Positions 26,430-39,620 of a stretch of 64,000 nt of DNA are shown here, in pieces. The stretch is from contig NW_002060982.1 in NCBI RefSeq assembly GCF_000150275.1, positions 69,683 through 133,682 on the forward strand, read 5' to 3'. Below the pieces are notes generated by a model. It was not told where the DNA came from. It did not search any database and saw only the letters and a program-made list of their open reading frames with translations. Source of the DNA: Trichoplax adhaerens (taxonomy: Eukaryota > Animalia > Placozoa). Every line of letters starts with the position of its first letter. Within the stretch, counting starts at the first letter, position 1. Made by a program: the position numbers and the translations under genes.

Positions 26430-29400
26430 ATGGATAACGTAGATGACACATCACCATCAAGGTAAATTGATCGTAATTTACTTGCATAACTTAGCCACGA
26501 TTTTAAAGTGCTCGTAACGAGCTAATAAGATCAGTTTTAGCATTAGGTCTACAAATAATTGAACAAATGTCTTGACCATAAGTAGTTAAGATATTTAGAT
26601 TTATAAATCGAAGTATTATCGTCAAAATACAGTCTATTTTAAAATGAGTTTTGGAACAAATCTGTATGTTCTCGATTTTAGAAAATGCATTCTATCTTTT
26701 GCGACTGTATTAAAATCTGATCCATTTGACGCCAATATAGAAAGTATAGTTTCAATTCTGTTAGGTGCAGTAGATATCACGTCTTCTGGGTTTACATCGA
26801 ACAGTATAAAATTTTATTCGTCGCATCAAGAACCAACGGTATTTGGCCATTAAGTTAGGGCTTAAGTGCTTCATGTTATCACCATTCCGAAAATCCAAAA
26901 TAGTATTAGAGTAGTTGTTACTGTTTTCAACAACGTATCCAAGTTAATATTTATTATTGTAACATCTCGATATGTTTCAATGTATACAGTCAAGAGCCAT
27001 TATTTCAATTTGTTTCAGTTAATATAAAAGCCTGGTAAGCTGAATTTATTAATTATAGCTTACAGAAGCTTGCTTTTCCCCCTTAATATATAGCCAATAT
27101 TTAATGTACCAACGGAAGATAGATAAATCTGTAAAATTATCTAAGCTCAAAGGAATTGATTTGAAAAGTAATATTTTTATTATTATTTTATTACATTTTT
27201 CTCCTATCTTGATGGCCTAATCGATTTTTATTTAATTTTAACTTAAAATTTTGCTTTTTATAAGAAGGATAAGCTTGAAAAATTTTAAAAATCATTTTCG
27301 AGACAAATAACATATCTTCGTTTAATTCACATCGCATACCGTCAATCATTTTTAGGTTTTGAAGCCATTATTATTCCAGAGCTTGCTACTGGCTAAAACT
27401 TAAGTTAGACTAGTCGAACTTCATTTTGAATATCTATTTCATATCTTTACAGAGCGAGGGAAAATCAGACCTTAATAATTTATTTATCGCGAAATTACGG
27501 TAAAATTAGTGCATTTACTGAAGATATAGCGCGCAATATGAATTCCTGATCGCGAAATGTATGCTTAGCTTAAACGAATACTGCTCTCATTAGTGCGCAA
27601 TACTCAAAGCGCCTATAAAAATTTATAGCAATACATCCACCTAATCTTTTAAATACTTTGACAATAATTACAACATCTCATAGTACTAAATATTTAAAGC
27701 GATTAATCAGCATGTAAATTTTATTTCCATTCGATCAATACTTGTATACTATGTATATGTAATGGAGACAAAAATTAACTACAACTTAGGCCACTATCTA
27801 ACCCCAGCTAAGGTTTTCTTAAAATTGTCGATTGTTATTTTCAAATTGATGTAGTGTGGTTAATATCATAGTGAGAAATTCTGCCCTTTAGTAGTTTATA
27901 TATTATAATAATGCTAATGTATCGCAAGTATCTGAATTTTACACTTTTAAGTATCATTGGTATTTGCTTCCAGTTGCAGCATTTCAACAGCGCGAACCGA
28001 AACTTAGTGGGAGCATTTATACCATAAATATAAGTAAAATTAACTATTGCACAGGAATTCTTGTATATGTTATACTGTACGTATTGCTTAAGTACTGCAA
28101 CCATTTAGGCCTAAGAAAATAGCAACGATTCTCTCGCACTGATTAACGCAATCAATATGCGCAATGTGACTAGTTGTTATTACCTAATTGGACAAAAGTA
28201 CTATGAAGTGTATGGTGCCACAATATCTGTTTATGATCACCAACTATAATATGAATTAATTTCCATAAATCCTTCTACTCTTAGCATTTATTTTCTACTT
28301 TAGTAGTTTCCCATATTCATAACCTGTAAATTGCTTTCATGAGGAAAGTTGCTTTATGTAACTCTTATTACTGAGTAGAAGACATATCTTCTTGTAGAGC
28401 GTTAACTATTAAAATCAAATTGTGATCCTAGTTGCTTTGCCTATCATAGTATTCGAATAAATACATAAAGTGGGATTAATGCTTATCCTAGAACAAGTTT
28501 ATAGCATAAGATTAAATATTCATTAATAATATAGCTATTAAAAAACCTTGGCAACATCTGCATTTAGTAGATTACCTGTTTGAATAATCTCAATGAGTTT
28601 GTTACTCCAGTTTAATAAATAATTTGACTTAGGTCAGAAATTTTCATACCAATAAGATAAAACATTCGAATTAACTACAAATAGCCCTATTGTATTTGCT
28701 TGCCGTTCATAACAACTTATCAATTAATGCTATCTAGTAATTTTAGCCGCTATCATTCGAAATTATACAGATAAAATTAATACCCATGTAGGAAAATAGA
28801 TTGTGGCATACAATAAATGCCTAAGTAAAATTCTTGTATTGAAATTTATTGTCGCATTACTTCAATTTGAAAAAATTAAACTTTTCAATTTTGACTTATT
28901 GATATTATGTAATATACACACATAGGTGATCACTTGAAAGTTTTAAAGTTATGGAAAAACAAAGCAATACAGACACTTAAAAGCGATCACCTAACTTCTA
29001 CAAGTACAGCAACAATTTACAGCTTTGGCAAGCCTATGCTAAAATACCTTTTGACGCGATATATTATTCATCAAAATCTAAAGCTTACTAGTATTGTCTG
29101 TTATAGCTAGTAGAACGCGTGAAATTAAACGAATATCTTTAATTATCACTTTGAAGGGTAATGGTACAAGTTAGGGTAACTTCTCCGATAGCATATGAAT
29201 ATATAATTCTCATCAAAGCTTTCCCGTAAAATAAAATAACTTCCTACTTCGTATTTATCATATTATTTTACGATATAAATTAGCATTTTACACCTCAAAG
29301 CATAGCTTACAGTGCAATATTTAATTTACTACAGTAAAAATTTTTCAAATTATGGTTAATTAGATGCAGCGAGAGTTAAAGATACTTGCTTACGGTAATC

Positions 29401-32400
29401 CGCATATGCATATTTAGGAAGTACAATAGAAGAGCTTCGTGGAGTTATCAATTAAGCTTAAATCCAACGATAAAACAATTTATGATATTTTTCACTTAAC
29501 AATCTCGGGAATTATCAATAATATAGTGATTTTTGGAAGGTTTAGGGTCCATCATAATCGCAATTAAATTGTCTGAGTTACACAAGCAGAGTAGAGTTTA
29601 TTGGAATTAGCGCTAGAGGAAAACCGTGTGAGGTTATAGTAAGTACAACGACGTGACTAGTCGAATAGCTATAGCAATATTGAATTGGTAAAGCGTGCAA
29701 GCTTACAGTGTAACTAGCAGAACTAACTAACGAGATTAATGTAAGATTAGCGCTTTTATAATGTAAGAAGCACAACAGGAGGAAACTATTCATAAAACAC
29801 GAATGACTATTAAAAGTAGCATAATTCGATATTAGGACAGTTCTACGATACAATCAACCTAGAGTATAAGAGGTTTCCATAGTATTAATAGTTAAATGTA
29901 GATTATACTAATAAGGAGTTATGTTATAGTCTATGTGGAAATTAAATTTGCTAAGAATAGGATATACCGTATTTAGAAGCATATTCGCTGTTATACACTA
30001 TAAGTATAAAACGAACTAAAAAGCTCGCTTATAAATTAATTTTATTAAGATAGTCGCTCGTAGGGCTTGATAAGCCTAGTATTGCTGCAATAAATATAAA
30101 TAAAATTTCAACCAAATGTTAATCAATTTGTTACTCTCTTCAAGTTATAAACCATGCACTAGGGTGAGTTAATCCACTCCTGCAAGATAATTGATGAGCG
30201 CAAATATCTCACATTAATGTAAAAGAAATTCCCTTAAGGTTGAACTATGGATAATGATTGAATTCGTATGATAAACAGATAGTCATCAAAATGATAAACA
30301 TTTGTGTTTATCATTGACTTATTCAACTATTTACTAGGATCTGATTCCATATCATATACCATGTTCTAATTGATTATGAGATACAACTATATAATTATGC
30401 TAACTAAATCATTAGCTCAAACTTTGGTTATACCAGTTAAATAAGTTACTGTAATGCGGTTATAGTCGATTTTCGACTCAGTAGATCTCAGAAGACAATG
30501 TATTTTGTTGAATTACGGTAATGTAGCCGGATTGCTTACCGTAGCTTGGTAAAATGAATGAGTTAATTAATTTGATATCTACAAGTCACTCTCTTTGGGT
30601 TAATTATTAAATTGGATACTCCGAGCATCTAGATCAATCAGTACTTTCATAAACATTTAAAAATCTTAACCATAATTTTATGTTTTGAATTCAGGCTGCG
30701 TAATGATAGTAGCACACTGCGCATTTCTAGCCAGAAATCAGTTACTGCTTCGTAAAAATTATTTATCTACACTTAATAAACAATATTCATCAACGTGATA
30801 GATTATGTACAGAAAGATGAAACAATGAATTAAATTCTAACAATTCTAAAAGCACAACAAGAAATGAAATTTCTAATAGTGAGTACTTTATGAGATATTA
30901 CAATTGGAGCTATCTATGCATTCATGCCTAACAACGTGGAGAGACCTTCGATAGAAAATTAAACTCATCATTTAGTTATTGTGAAATTTATACGTAATGA
31001 AAATATAGAGTTTACGAAATGATGGCAAGATTTTTATTTATCATGAAGGGTAGGGATATAAAGAGGGGTTTGATCGAGATAATGATCATGTTACTTCTGA
31101 TATTGCGGTAAATTGAATTAAATAACGATAGATAAAAATCAAAGTTAGACAATGTATTTCCTGCAGATGATCTGCGTGTGACGTAGATAAAAATTCGATA
31201 AAAAAACTTATTCAATTTTCAGTACAGAATTGCAGGAAATGTAAGATTTCATTTGATCATTCAGCGTTAAAATTTTTACTACTGGATTGGGATAACTTAC
31301 AGTATCTTATATATGGTTTATAGTTTATTTGTTACCGGTAGCCTTTTAAAATTTGATAATAAAACGCCTGATTATACGGGAAAATAAACATGATCATAAA
31401 TTAATTTGCCAGTTTATAATCAAAATTTGTGGTCAGAAAATTGTTGTAAAATTATTATGCAAAATATAAAGTAATTACCCTAGCTATGTACTTTACTTAT
31501 ACGAAACGAGCCAATTAGGCTACGGATTATATATAAATATCGACGATAAATGAAATTATTTTTAACTTAACCCTGAAATTTGTCACGGGAACTAATAATA
31601 GATGATAGGCGGATGTCCAAGTTCCTAAACGTAATTACAATCGAAAAATGGGAGGTACAACATTATTATAATAATACAAGTATAATTATCTACCATCATT
31701 TGAAGTAGTTATTGTATATTAAGATCACGAGTATATTTTCATCTATAGTATTTCAATTCATGGTAATGGCTGAATTAGTATTCTTACAATTGTTCCTAAA
31801 GAAATCTTCTAAGCTATACGATAATAATAGATAGTATAAATAATATAATTGACCATACTCAGAGCATTAATATTTATCCGTAAAAATCTCATAGGAAATT
31901 CTTGTTAGATCAATTAGTTCAAATTTTTGTCAACATAAGGCACATTTTCAATAATTACATAATAAATAACGATTAAAAATTCTTCAGTATCGTCTACAAA
32001 TCATTTTTATTAAAAGCTCATTATTATTTGATGACAAATTTAGACTCTAACTTCCAAAACCGTTAAAAGCTACTTTGTGATGCAGTTCCAACCAATTACA
32101 TCTTTAAAAGTTCATAATTATGACAAAAGCCATTGCTCATCAAAGCAAACTACAGATGACGTTAAGGAAAAGGTCTGATAGCTGCATAACTTATACAATT
32201 AAGAAATGAATACACCCAATTATTTAGCTGCGCGTAAATTGTCTTCAATAATCGATTAAATTAACATAAAACACGGGAGGATATGATCAAGCATAATCAT
32301 TATCTTATTCAGGCAAGATGGCATTTTAAATAATAATATGAATTATGGTAATTAATTTCTTGGCCTGGGAACTTTACTTTCAGCCAGCATGAGAATAAAT

Positions 32401-32469
32401 AGTTAGATTATATTATGATAGCTCATTTAACTCTGCATTAAGCACCACTGTAGTATTAGAAATATATTG

Positions 32470-32500
<31 letters not shown>

Positions 32501-35500
32501 CACATACACAGAATAAATCATTTTACGATATTTAGAGCTATTTAAATCATAATTAAAATTTCTAAGTGCGTACATGTAGGCATAATAAATAAAATATGCC
32601 TGATAACTCTGAAACTTGTAAGAAATCGAGGACGTCATATAGTACGTCAATCATCGGAATTATAATTACATGAATACTTGTCAAATTAGCCCATGACGCA
32701 AATAGAAACAGATCCCGATCGATCACTTTTATGAGCCTTTTTGGTGTAATAAAGATATTTTATTCCCCAGTTACCTAACTCTAGGTACTTCCCGAGTTAG
32801 ATCGTTCATACAGTAATTTATCTACTAGATTTCTACATCTAATAGTGGGAACTCCATAACTTCTGTAGTCCCATAAAATACTAGAAATCTCTTTTGGGTA
32901 TACTAATTAGATCTTTATCACTAGACCGATATAACGATATCCTCCTAAAAATTTTGGGACTTTATAGGCGTATTGTTTATATTCATTTTAAAAATTAAGT
33001 AAGAAATAGAATAGGTTAGCAATATGGTAGTTATCTAATCATTAGATGACAATTCTTGAAAATGTCGTGGGTAGAGCTTCTGTCAGATATAGTCCATTAT
33101 TTCGATATTCATAATACATATATCAAGATCTCCTAGTTATCAAACATCAAGGGTTTAATTTGAACTAGAAATCAAGCAGCAAAAAATTGGTATTTTAAAA
33201 ACGCTATTAAAACCGGTTATTAGACATTATGGATAGGCGATCAGGACCTTTCCAATTAATTATAGTAACAGTAAGCATAATGGTAATACGTTTGTTGATG
33301 CACATGCAAAACCTTAACCTTTAATATTTGTGTTATACAAAACTGAGCTGCTTCGTACTTCGATTTACGTTAGTATGTAGTTATCATATTAAATACAGAC
33401 TTCAGCTATAGCTAGAATTATAAATGATTATACGTAAGATTTTGAAATTAAACAAGCGATCCGATAAAGTAATACGGAAATATGATTTTACATTACTGTA
33501 TATTACATACAGTCATGATCGTAACATGCACACACATGTTGTTTTAGATAGCTGCCATTATTTGATTGATTGTAATTTCCTTAGGATCGTAATTCATTAA
33601 GTCAAAAATTCTTGAGCTATAAACATAATAGTATAGGTATTCTATTGCATCACTGCCGCCATCGTCTACTATTACTTTACTAAGAATAATAGACTACACT
33701 AGTCTCATAACCCTTACCCCATATAGCTATTGTACTTTAAACAAATATTGTACTGCTATTATCAGCTGAATTTACTGTAGCACTTTATAACAAAGAAGTC
33801 AAATTTTAAATACTACCTGTCGATCTCAGTTGATCGCCATATTACTACATTCTGGAATTTTGCAAAATAATAATTGTTGGATAATCTTTTCTAATTCTTT
33901 ATTGATAAACAGACCCAGTCAATATTTTCTGACAGGTAATCGTCTTCATTATTTCTTTTAAACCTATTATGAAAGTACATGTAGGTTGTATGTATAAAGC
34001 TTAAACACTATATTTAGCCTAAGTAAGGCTGTAAGATTTATCGCTAATTAAAGTTCAATTGACAATTGATTACAGCATATCTATCACCCATTTTTATTAG
34101 TCAGTATGAAGGGATTTCTCATAAAATAATGTTATTGTGCTAATACTAAATAAAGAAACCCACGAATACTGATAGCACAAATTATTAACTTTCGATTTAG
34201 AGCAACCTAATGCAGAGTTGACCTTATTGACTTTAGCATTCAGCTACAGCTACAAAATTTTCCGGAAAACAGTTGCAGTCATCTTAAAAAATCAAAACTG
34301 ATCTACATGATCATACGAAATTGGTGTAAAAATTTAAATATTGACGGCTTTACAATTATTAACGTGATTATCGTAAGTAAAATAATAATGTACGATAATT
34401 TCGTCTTTTGGACTTCACTATATTAATAAGATATTTATAAAGGGTATATTCAAGTTGATTAAGAAATCGTTTAGTATCTTTATATTATGAGTAGACTTTC
34501 TTGAAGTAATAGATAGCGATGTAATATTCTAAATGTAAAGATAGTATCACAGTAAATTCAGTAAATTATGTTTCTTTCGCCATTTTGGTAGCATCTGATA
34601 ATGAGTTCAAGAGTTTCATTCTAAGTATTCAAGGTGATTAGCAGTTATAAATTATTCCAAAACACTGTAAATTGAATCTGCCGCTGCAGATATACTAATG
34701 AAATTTAACCCTGCACTAATGGACGTATTCTTTAATGTCACTTTTACATAAAGCTTGATCTAGCTAAGACAAACTAACATATCTAGGTCATCCTTTAGGT
34801 TTGTTCTTTAAGAAGAAATTTTATTGCAGATTTCTGTCATGATTTAAACATGTATAGTTTGCCTTGTTGAAAGTGGGTGGTATCTGCGCTAGCATTTGGC
34901 AAAGCTGAACAAGATTATTGTTAATAATATCACAATTGGCTATGTATGTATGGGGATTTTCCATCCTACCACCAAATACTATTCGAAGCTAGCTCTATGT
35001 TACAGTACTGTATCACCGGATATTTTAAAAATCAAAATATTAGACGTAGCACCGGTATCAGTAGTATGAGAATTACATCTTCCATAATCGAACGAGGGGT
35101 CTACTAGTATACGATAATAAGTTACTTTGCAATTTTGAGCATTTTTATCAAAAGCTACAGAGCTGTTATCAATTGTATCATAAACTGTAGCTATTGGGCT
35201 ACATTCTCTTTGATTATATACCATTGATAATAGAAACGTCTTGACATGTTAATATAAGACACATTATATTAGAGCGATGGAATCAAATACCTTTATACGA
35301 GTACTGAAGTACTTTAAACCATTCAATAGACAGTGTAAAAATTATTTAAGAAGTAAGCTCTACTAAATATCCATATGGTCCTAATTTTTGTTTATGAAAC
35401 TATGCAATGATTACAAGGGCTTGATCTCCTTTATATAGATTGTATGTAAGATTTACTAAATCTTGGCTCTCAGTCATTTTAGCACTTAATAACCCAATAT

Positions 35501-38500
35501 TTAGTATTATGTTTTCTCATTGCCTCATCATTCGACGTATAATTGACTTTGAACATTTCGTTTGAGTGAATAAACGGAACGGTAACTAAATAGCGGCAGT
35601 CATTCAAAGTATCATTTTTCCGGTTACCCTTCTACATGCCTGCAAAATGATGGTCGAAGTATACGTAAATTGCGTCACAATTAACTTACACTGATACGAT
35701 ACAATATACAAAATTTCAATTCTTTTCGTAATTTTAATCACTTTTCACCACTGAGAATAAACTAGTGCATACCAATAAATTTCTTAACTTGATGTAACCG
35801 AAAGTCAAGATTACGGTACAAATCGTTAATATTTGCAAAGCTATTTTAAATTTTATTACTGATATAAATTTAAGAATAAAAATTTGTGAAGTCAAATGTT
35901 TAAAAATGAATTAGTTTATTTGACGATTAAGCTGACCAAAAATCTGATGTTGAGTTTAGTTCGAAAATGAGCAAGAAAGAGAGGACACGCCTTGCAGCTC
36001 GAAGTAGACGTTTGGAAGAAAATGATTTAATGAAGAAGCTAGCTCAGCTATTACCAATTATATCAGATGTCGCTCGGCAACTCGATAAAGCCGCCGTTAT
36101 TCGTTTAGCTATAAGTGTTTTGAAACTACGTCAACGAACCTTAAATCACAACGGTAACTTCGGTATTTTTCTATTGGTTACAACTGTCTCTTTATAAGCA
36201 ATATTACTGCATGTATTCCTTATTACAATATTAGTTCTTTACATAACTATTCTTTCAGCTTCATGTAAAGATTTTTCAGTTTTGAGCTGCCTTTGTCTCC
36301 GTAAAGACTTTTTTCGCAAATTTAAGGATTTATCACCTCGACAACTTAGTTGAATAGCCTAATACTTGAGGACTTTGAACAAGAAGTCATAAATTTTTTT
36401 TCAGCGATCGTTTATAGCGATGATCATGAATTACTTTCTAGCCATGAAATCTTGATAACAGTCGCAATATTTAACCTCAAAATCAGTTAAAATGTAAAGA
36501 TAGAAATTTGAGAAATCATACTAACCTTTAAATTCCTTTCTTCTTCCACATCCATGATAGGCCCTTCCGTTGTTGAAGCTAATTTAGTCCAACATATGCA
36601 TAACAGTACGGCTAACATATCATAAGATGGATCAGCTACTGTATTTTAATGAATTGCGAAATTATTGTGTATTATAAATTAGGCTAATTTTAGACCATTT
36701 TAGATGTATACTATTCGAATATACTAAAATGCGAATGTTTCATCGATATCAATATGTTGTTCACGTTTGCTATTATAATAGGACAGAGGAAATATTTGCA
36801 CATCCAAAGATACTTCAAAAGCAATATTGGGTGGTATCTTCTTCAAGTAAATTTATTGATTAGCTGAAACAAATAATGAAAAGACATATTTTAAGAGTTT
36901 CCGTTTGCAGCTTTTTTATTTCTGACCTTGCATTTCACTTCTATCCATTTATAATTTCTATCTAAAATAATCAGGCATTAGATGGATTTCTATTATTGAT
37001 TTCTAATGATTGCCAGCTATTATACGTTTCAGAAAGAATTTCTGTGCATTTAGGTTTGTCACAAGTAAGTCGAAAGTTGACATTTTCATATGCTTAATTT
37101 CTCATGAGTTATTTTTACCCAATAAATTGTAGCGTGATATTCTTCTGCTTCAAAGGCTGCATTAGGTAATTGTTGAATGTGCAACATCATGCTTTCATAG
37201 GTTGACTTAATTGGATCAAGTTTATTGGACATTATTCATTCTGATGACAAGGAAAAATTATATAATTTTCTAAGTATTGACCTGTATTCGAATGAACCTG
37301 GTACGCACAATCTTATTTTAAACTTGCAAATGTAAAATTTTGATTAGTAATAGTTTTCTTCCTGGTTGATACATTTGGCCATAAATCATTCAAATATTCT
37401 ATAAAATGTCCAGTAATGTATTTACAAGTACATCCAAAGGTCCTCCTCTAAGCGTATTATTGTCCTGTAAGACCTCCAATTTCAATTTCAATAGCTGCAT
37501 ACATTTCACAGATTCAATAAACAATTCTGCGTTATACCAAATTTACATAAAAAGCTATCAGCTAGTTTCATAATTGATTCCTAATAAATGTTTAGATCAG
37601 CTATATGGAATTCATTTAGCAATTTTAAGTGTTGTTAGCATAGTCTGATTCAGTCATAATTGAAACTGTGAGCTGTTACAGTAAAATAATCCTACCTTAT
37701 CAGAATCGTATGAGGCGAAATTATTGATTATTAGAAAATATATATACCCTAGCTTGCTTGCAGCTCAATATTACTTGACATAGCTAAATCATATGTTCAA
37801 TTACCGATAGGCAAAGGTAATGCTATTAATGAACTTAGCGGTAAAAGTCGATCTATTTTAATTCGCATGAAATGCAAGCTAGTTAAGCGCTTTGCGCTTG
37901 ATCGTGGCGATAAAAGAGCTATGAATCAGCAAAATAAAAATTATAAGGTAAAACCATCAATTTATGTTATTCCTTTCAATATAGATTTAATGCCATAAAA
38001 TAGGAGATGAACGTTAGGAAATTCATTCGTCTTTACTAGAATTTGGATAAAGCTAGCAATATTTTAATTAAAACAACTCTCTGAATGTCATAATAAAAAT
38101 TAGGAGAAATAATCTCTAAACGGATGCTCGTTGCGAATAAAACTAAATACGCAATACGTACCTTACGTATGAAAGAGTAGTTTGCGAACATCATGCATTA
38201 TGATATATTTGACAACATCAGATATCGTTACAGAATTAAATTATTGACTGCAATCTTGACTTTTAATTAATCGTAATGTGAATGAAATCTTTCAAATATA
38301 ACTAGATTTCACGATGCTAAATATGTGCTGCAAAGTGAAATTGCAAGAACTCGTACAACACCTTTTCTGATTATTATAATATGTAACTTAACTTTTGCAC
38401 TCATAGATAATTGCTACAATATTTGGTTCTCTTAATTGAATTCACTTCAATCTTATCATACTAACAACAAGGTTACTTTTACTTTCCTAGATAATTCGTT

Positions 38501-39620
38501 TTACCACTCACCATCGTCAATTGTCATGCTTCCGTTACCAACTTCCTAAAGATTTTGGTTCAATATATGAATCAGCGATCGTTGCTGAACCTATTGCATC
38601 ATTACAAACTTTAGAGAATCAAAATAGTAGCCGAACCTTTCTCTGTTATCTTACTTGCAATTTAGAAATATTATGCTGCACGGAAGGGTAGGGTAACTTT
38701 AATAGCGTTACATTTAATGGTTAGAAATACGTGTAGTTATATCAGCATGCTACTTTCCTTATATTGTTATATCGTATAAGGCAAGTTTACTCTTATTTAT
38801 TAGGCTGAATCTTTACTTATTTGTTAGTTTGCAGTATTGTACTGGTTTTCGTGAAGAAGAAGTCCAGGGTAAATCTTTGTATCAGTTTTGCCATACGCGC
38901 GATCTTGATCATATCAAAGCAATCCATACATCACGTAAGTAATAACTAAAGTGGCATATACCAGTAGCTGTTATATTATGGATTATGGTACGGTAGTTAT
39001 TTAATTTGATATAAGTAGAATATAAATTAGAGAGCTATACTCCTATGGTGGGTATAAAATAGAGGAAGCGACCGTTTTAGATGCCAGAGATAGATTACTG
39101 GAAATAGTTTATTAAAGCGATTATATAATAACCGTTAATCTTTTCTGTTCCTAGTTTTACATCCAGAACAGATCGTCGATTACTATAGTTATAAATGGTT
39201 AAGAAAAGACGGCGGCTGGTCAGTACTGCATTCTACGGCTCACATTGCGACAAATTGTAGGAGAACTACGACCCTCCGGTACACTGGTAGAACTATTGTA
39301 ATTAAAAATTATTTGATAGGGTGAGTCAAAATAGTGATACATGCCCGTAATATAGCTTAATGTTAAGAGAGGATTATGAGAAATGATTCAAAATAAAGAA
39401 CTAAGCTATAATATTCCATAGAAACATCAGCATACTTGTAATTTCTCAATTGTTGATTACAGTTATTTTCATTAAAGTATTTTAGCATTATAGGTTATAA
39501 TTAGTTGTCTTAATTTGGACGTAAGACAGTTTATCTTCTCATATCTTCTTTGATATACTCATTATCTTGGTATTTTAATTATATAGAAAAGTAACAGGTA
39601 CGAATGCTTTATTAATATAA
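26430..39620 (+). CDS. Class I bHLH-PAS transcription factor (HIF-alpha/SIM/NPAS-like), about 388 aa, ending just after PAS-B/PAC
   Basis: Exons 26430-26461, 35960-36153, 36561-36605, 36782-36846, 36975-37064, 37201-37300, 37811-37947, 38491-38687, 38828-38934, 39155-39320 and 39587-39620 are all GT-AG and phase-compatible. bHLH KERTRLAARSRR..LAQLLP..QLDKAAVIRLAISVL; PAS-A YLLQALDGFLLLIS..LYVSERISVHLGLSQVDLIGSSLLDIIHSDD..RSILIRMKC; PAS-B GFREEEVQGKSLYQFCH..D..YKWLRKDGGW..IVIKNYLIG. The first, third and last exons are less certain than the core. Confidence 0.88.
29580..29880 (+). repeat. Diverged interspersed repeat, copy 2 (inside intron 1 of the bHLH-PAS gene)
   Basis: Collinear similarity to the reverse complement of 16140-16450, including a 12-bp identity. 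Confidence 0.45.
32470..32494. repeat. (TA)n microsatellite
   Basis: About 12 TA units. Confidence 0.95.

Noticed and set aside
26644-26853. Segment open on both strands just after bHLH-PAS exon 1
   Set aside because: No recognisable homology in either translation and no convincing splice boundaries.
31012-31215. Possible second LINE endonuclease remnant (minus strand)
   Set aside because: Only a vague resemblance; the diagnostic GDFN motif is absent.
35000-35224. 74-aa antisense ORF inside the bHLH-PAS intron
   Set aside because: No recognisable domain or supporting exons; the length is compatible with chance.
35967-39620. Assigning the symbol HIF1A, SIM or AHR
   Set aside because: The sequence is divergent with mixed HIF/SIM features and no ODD, so orthology needs a phylogeny.
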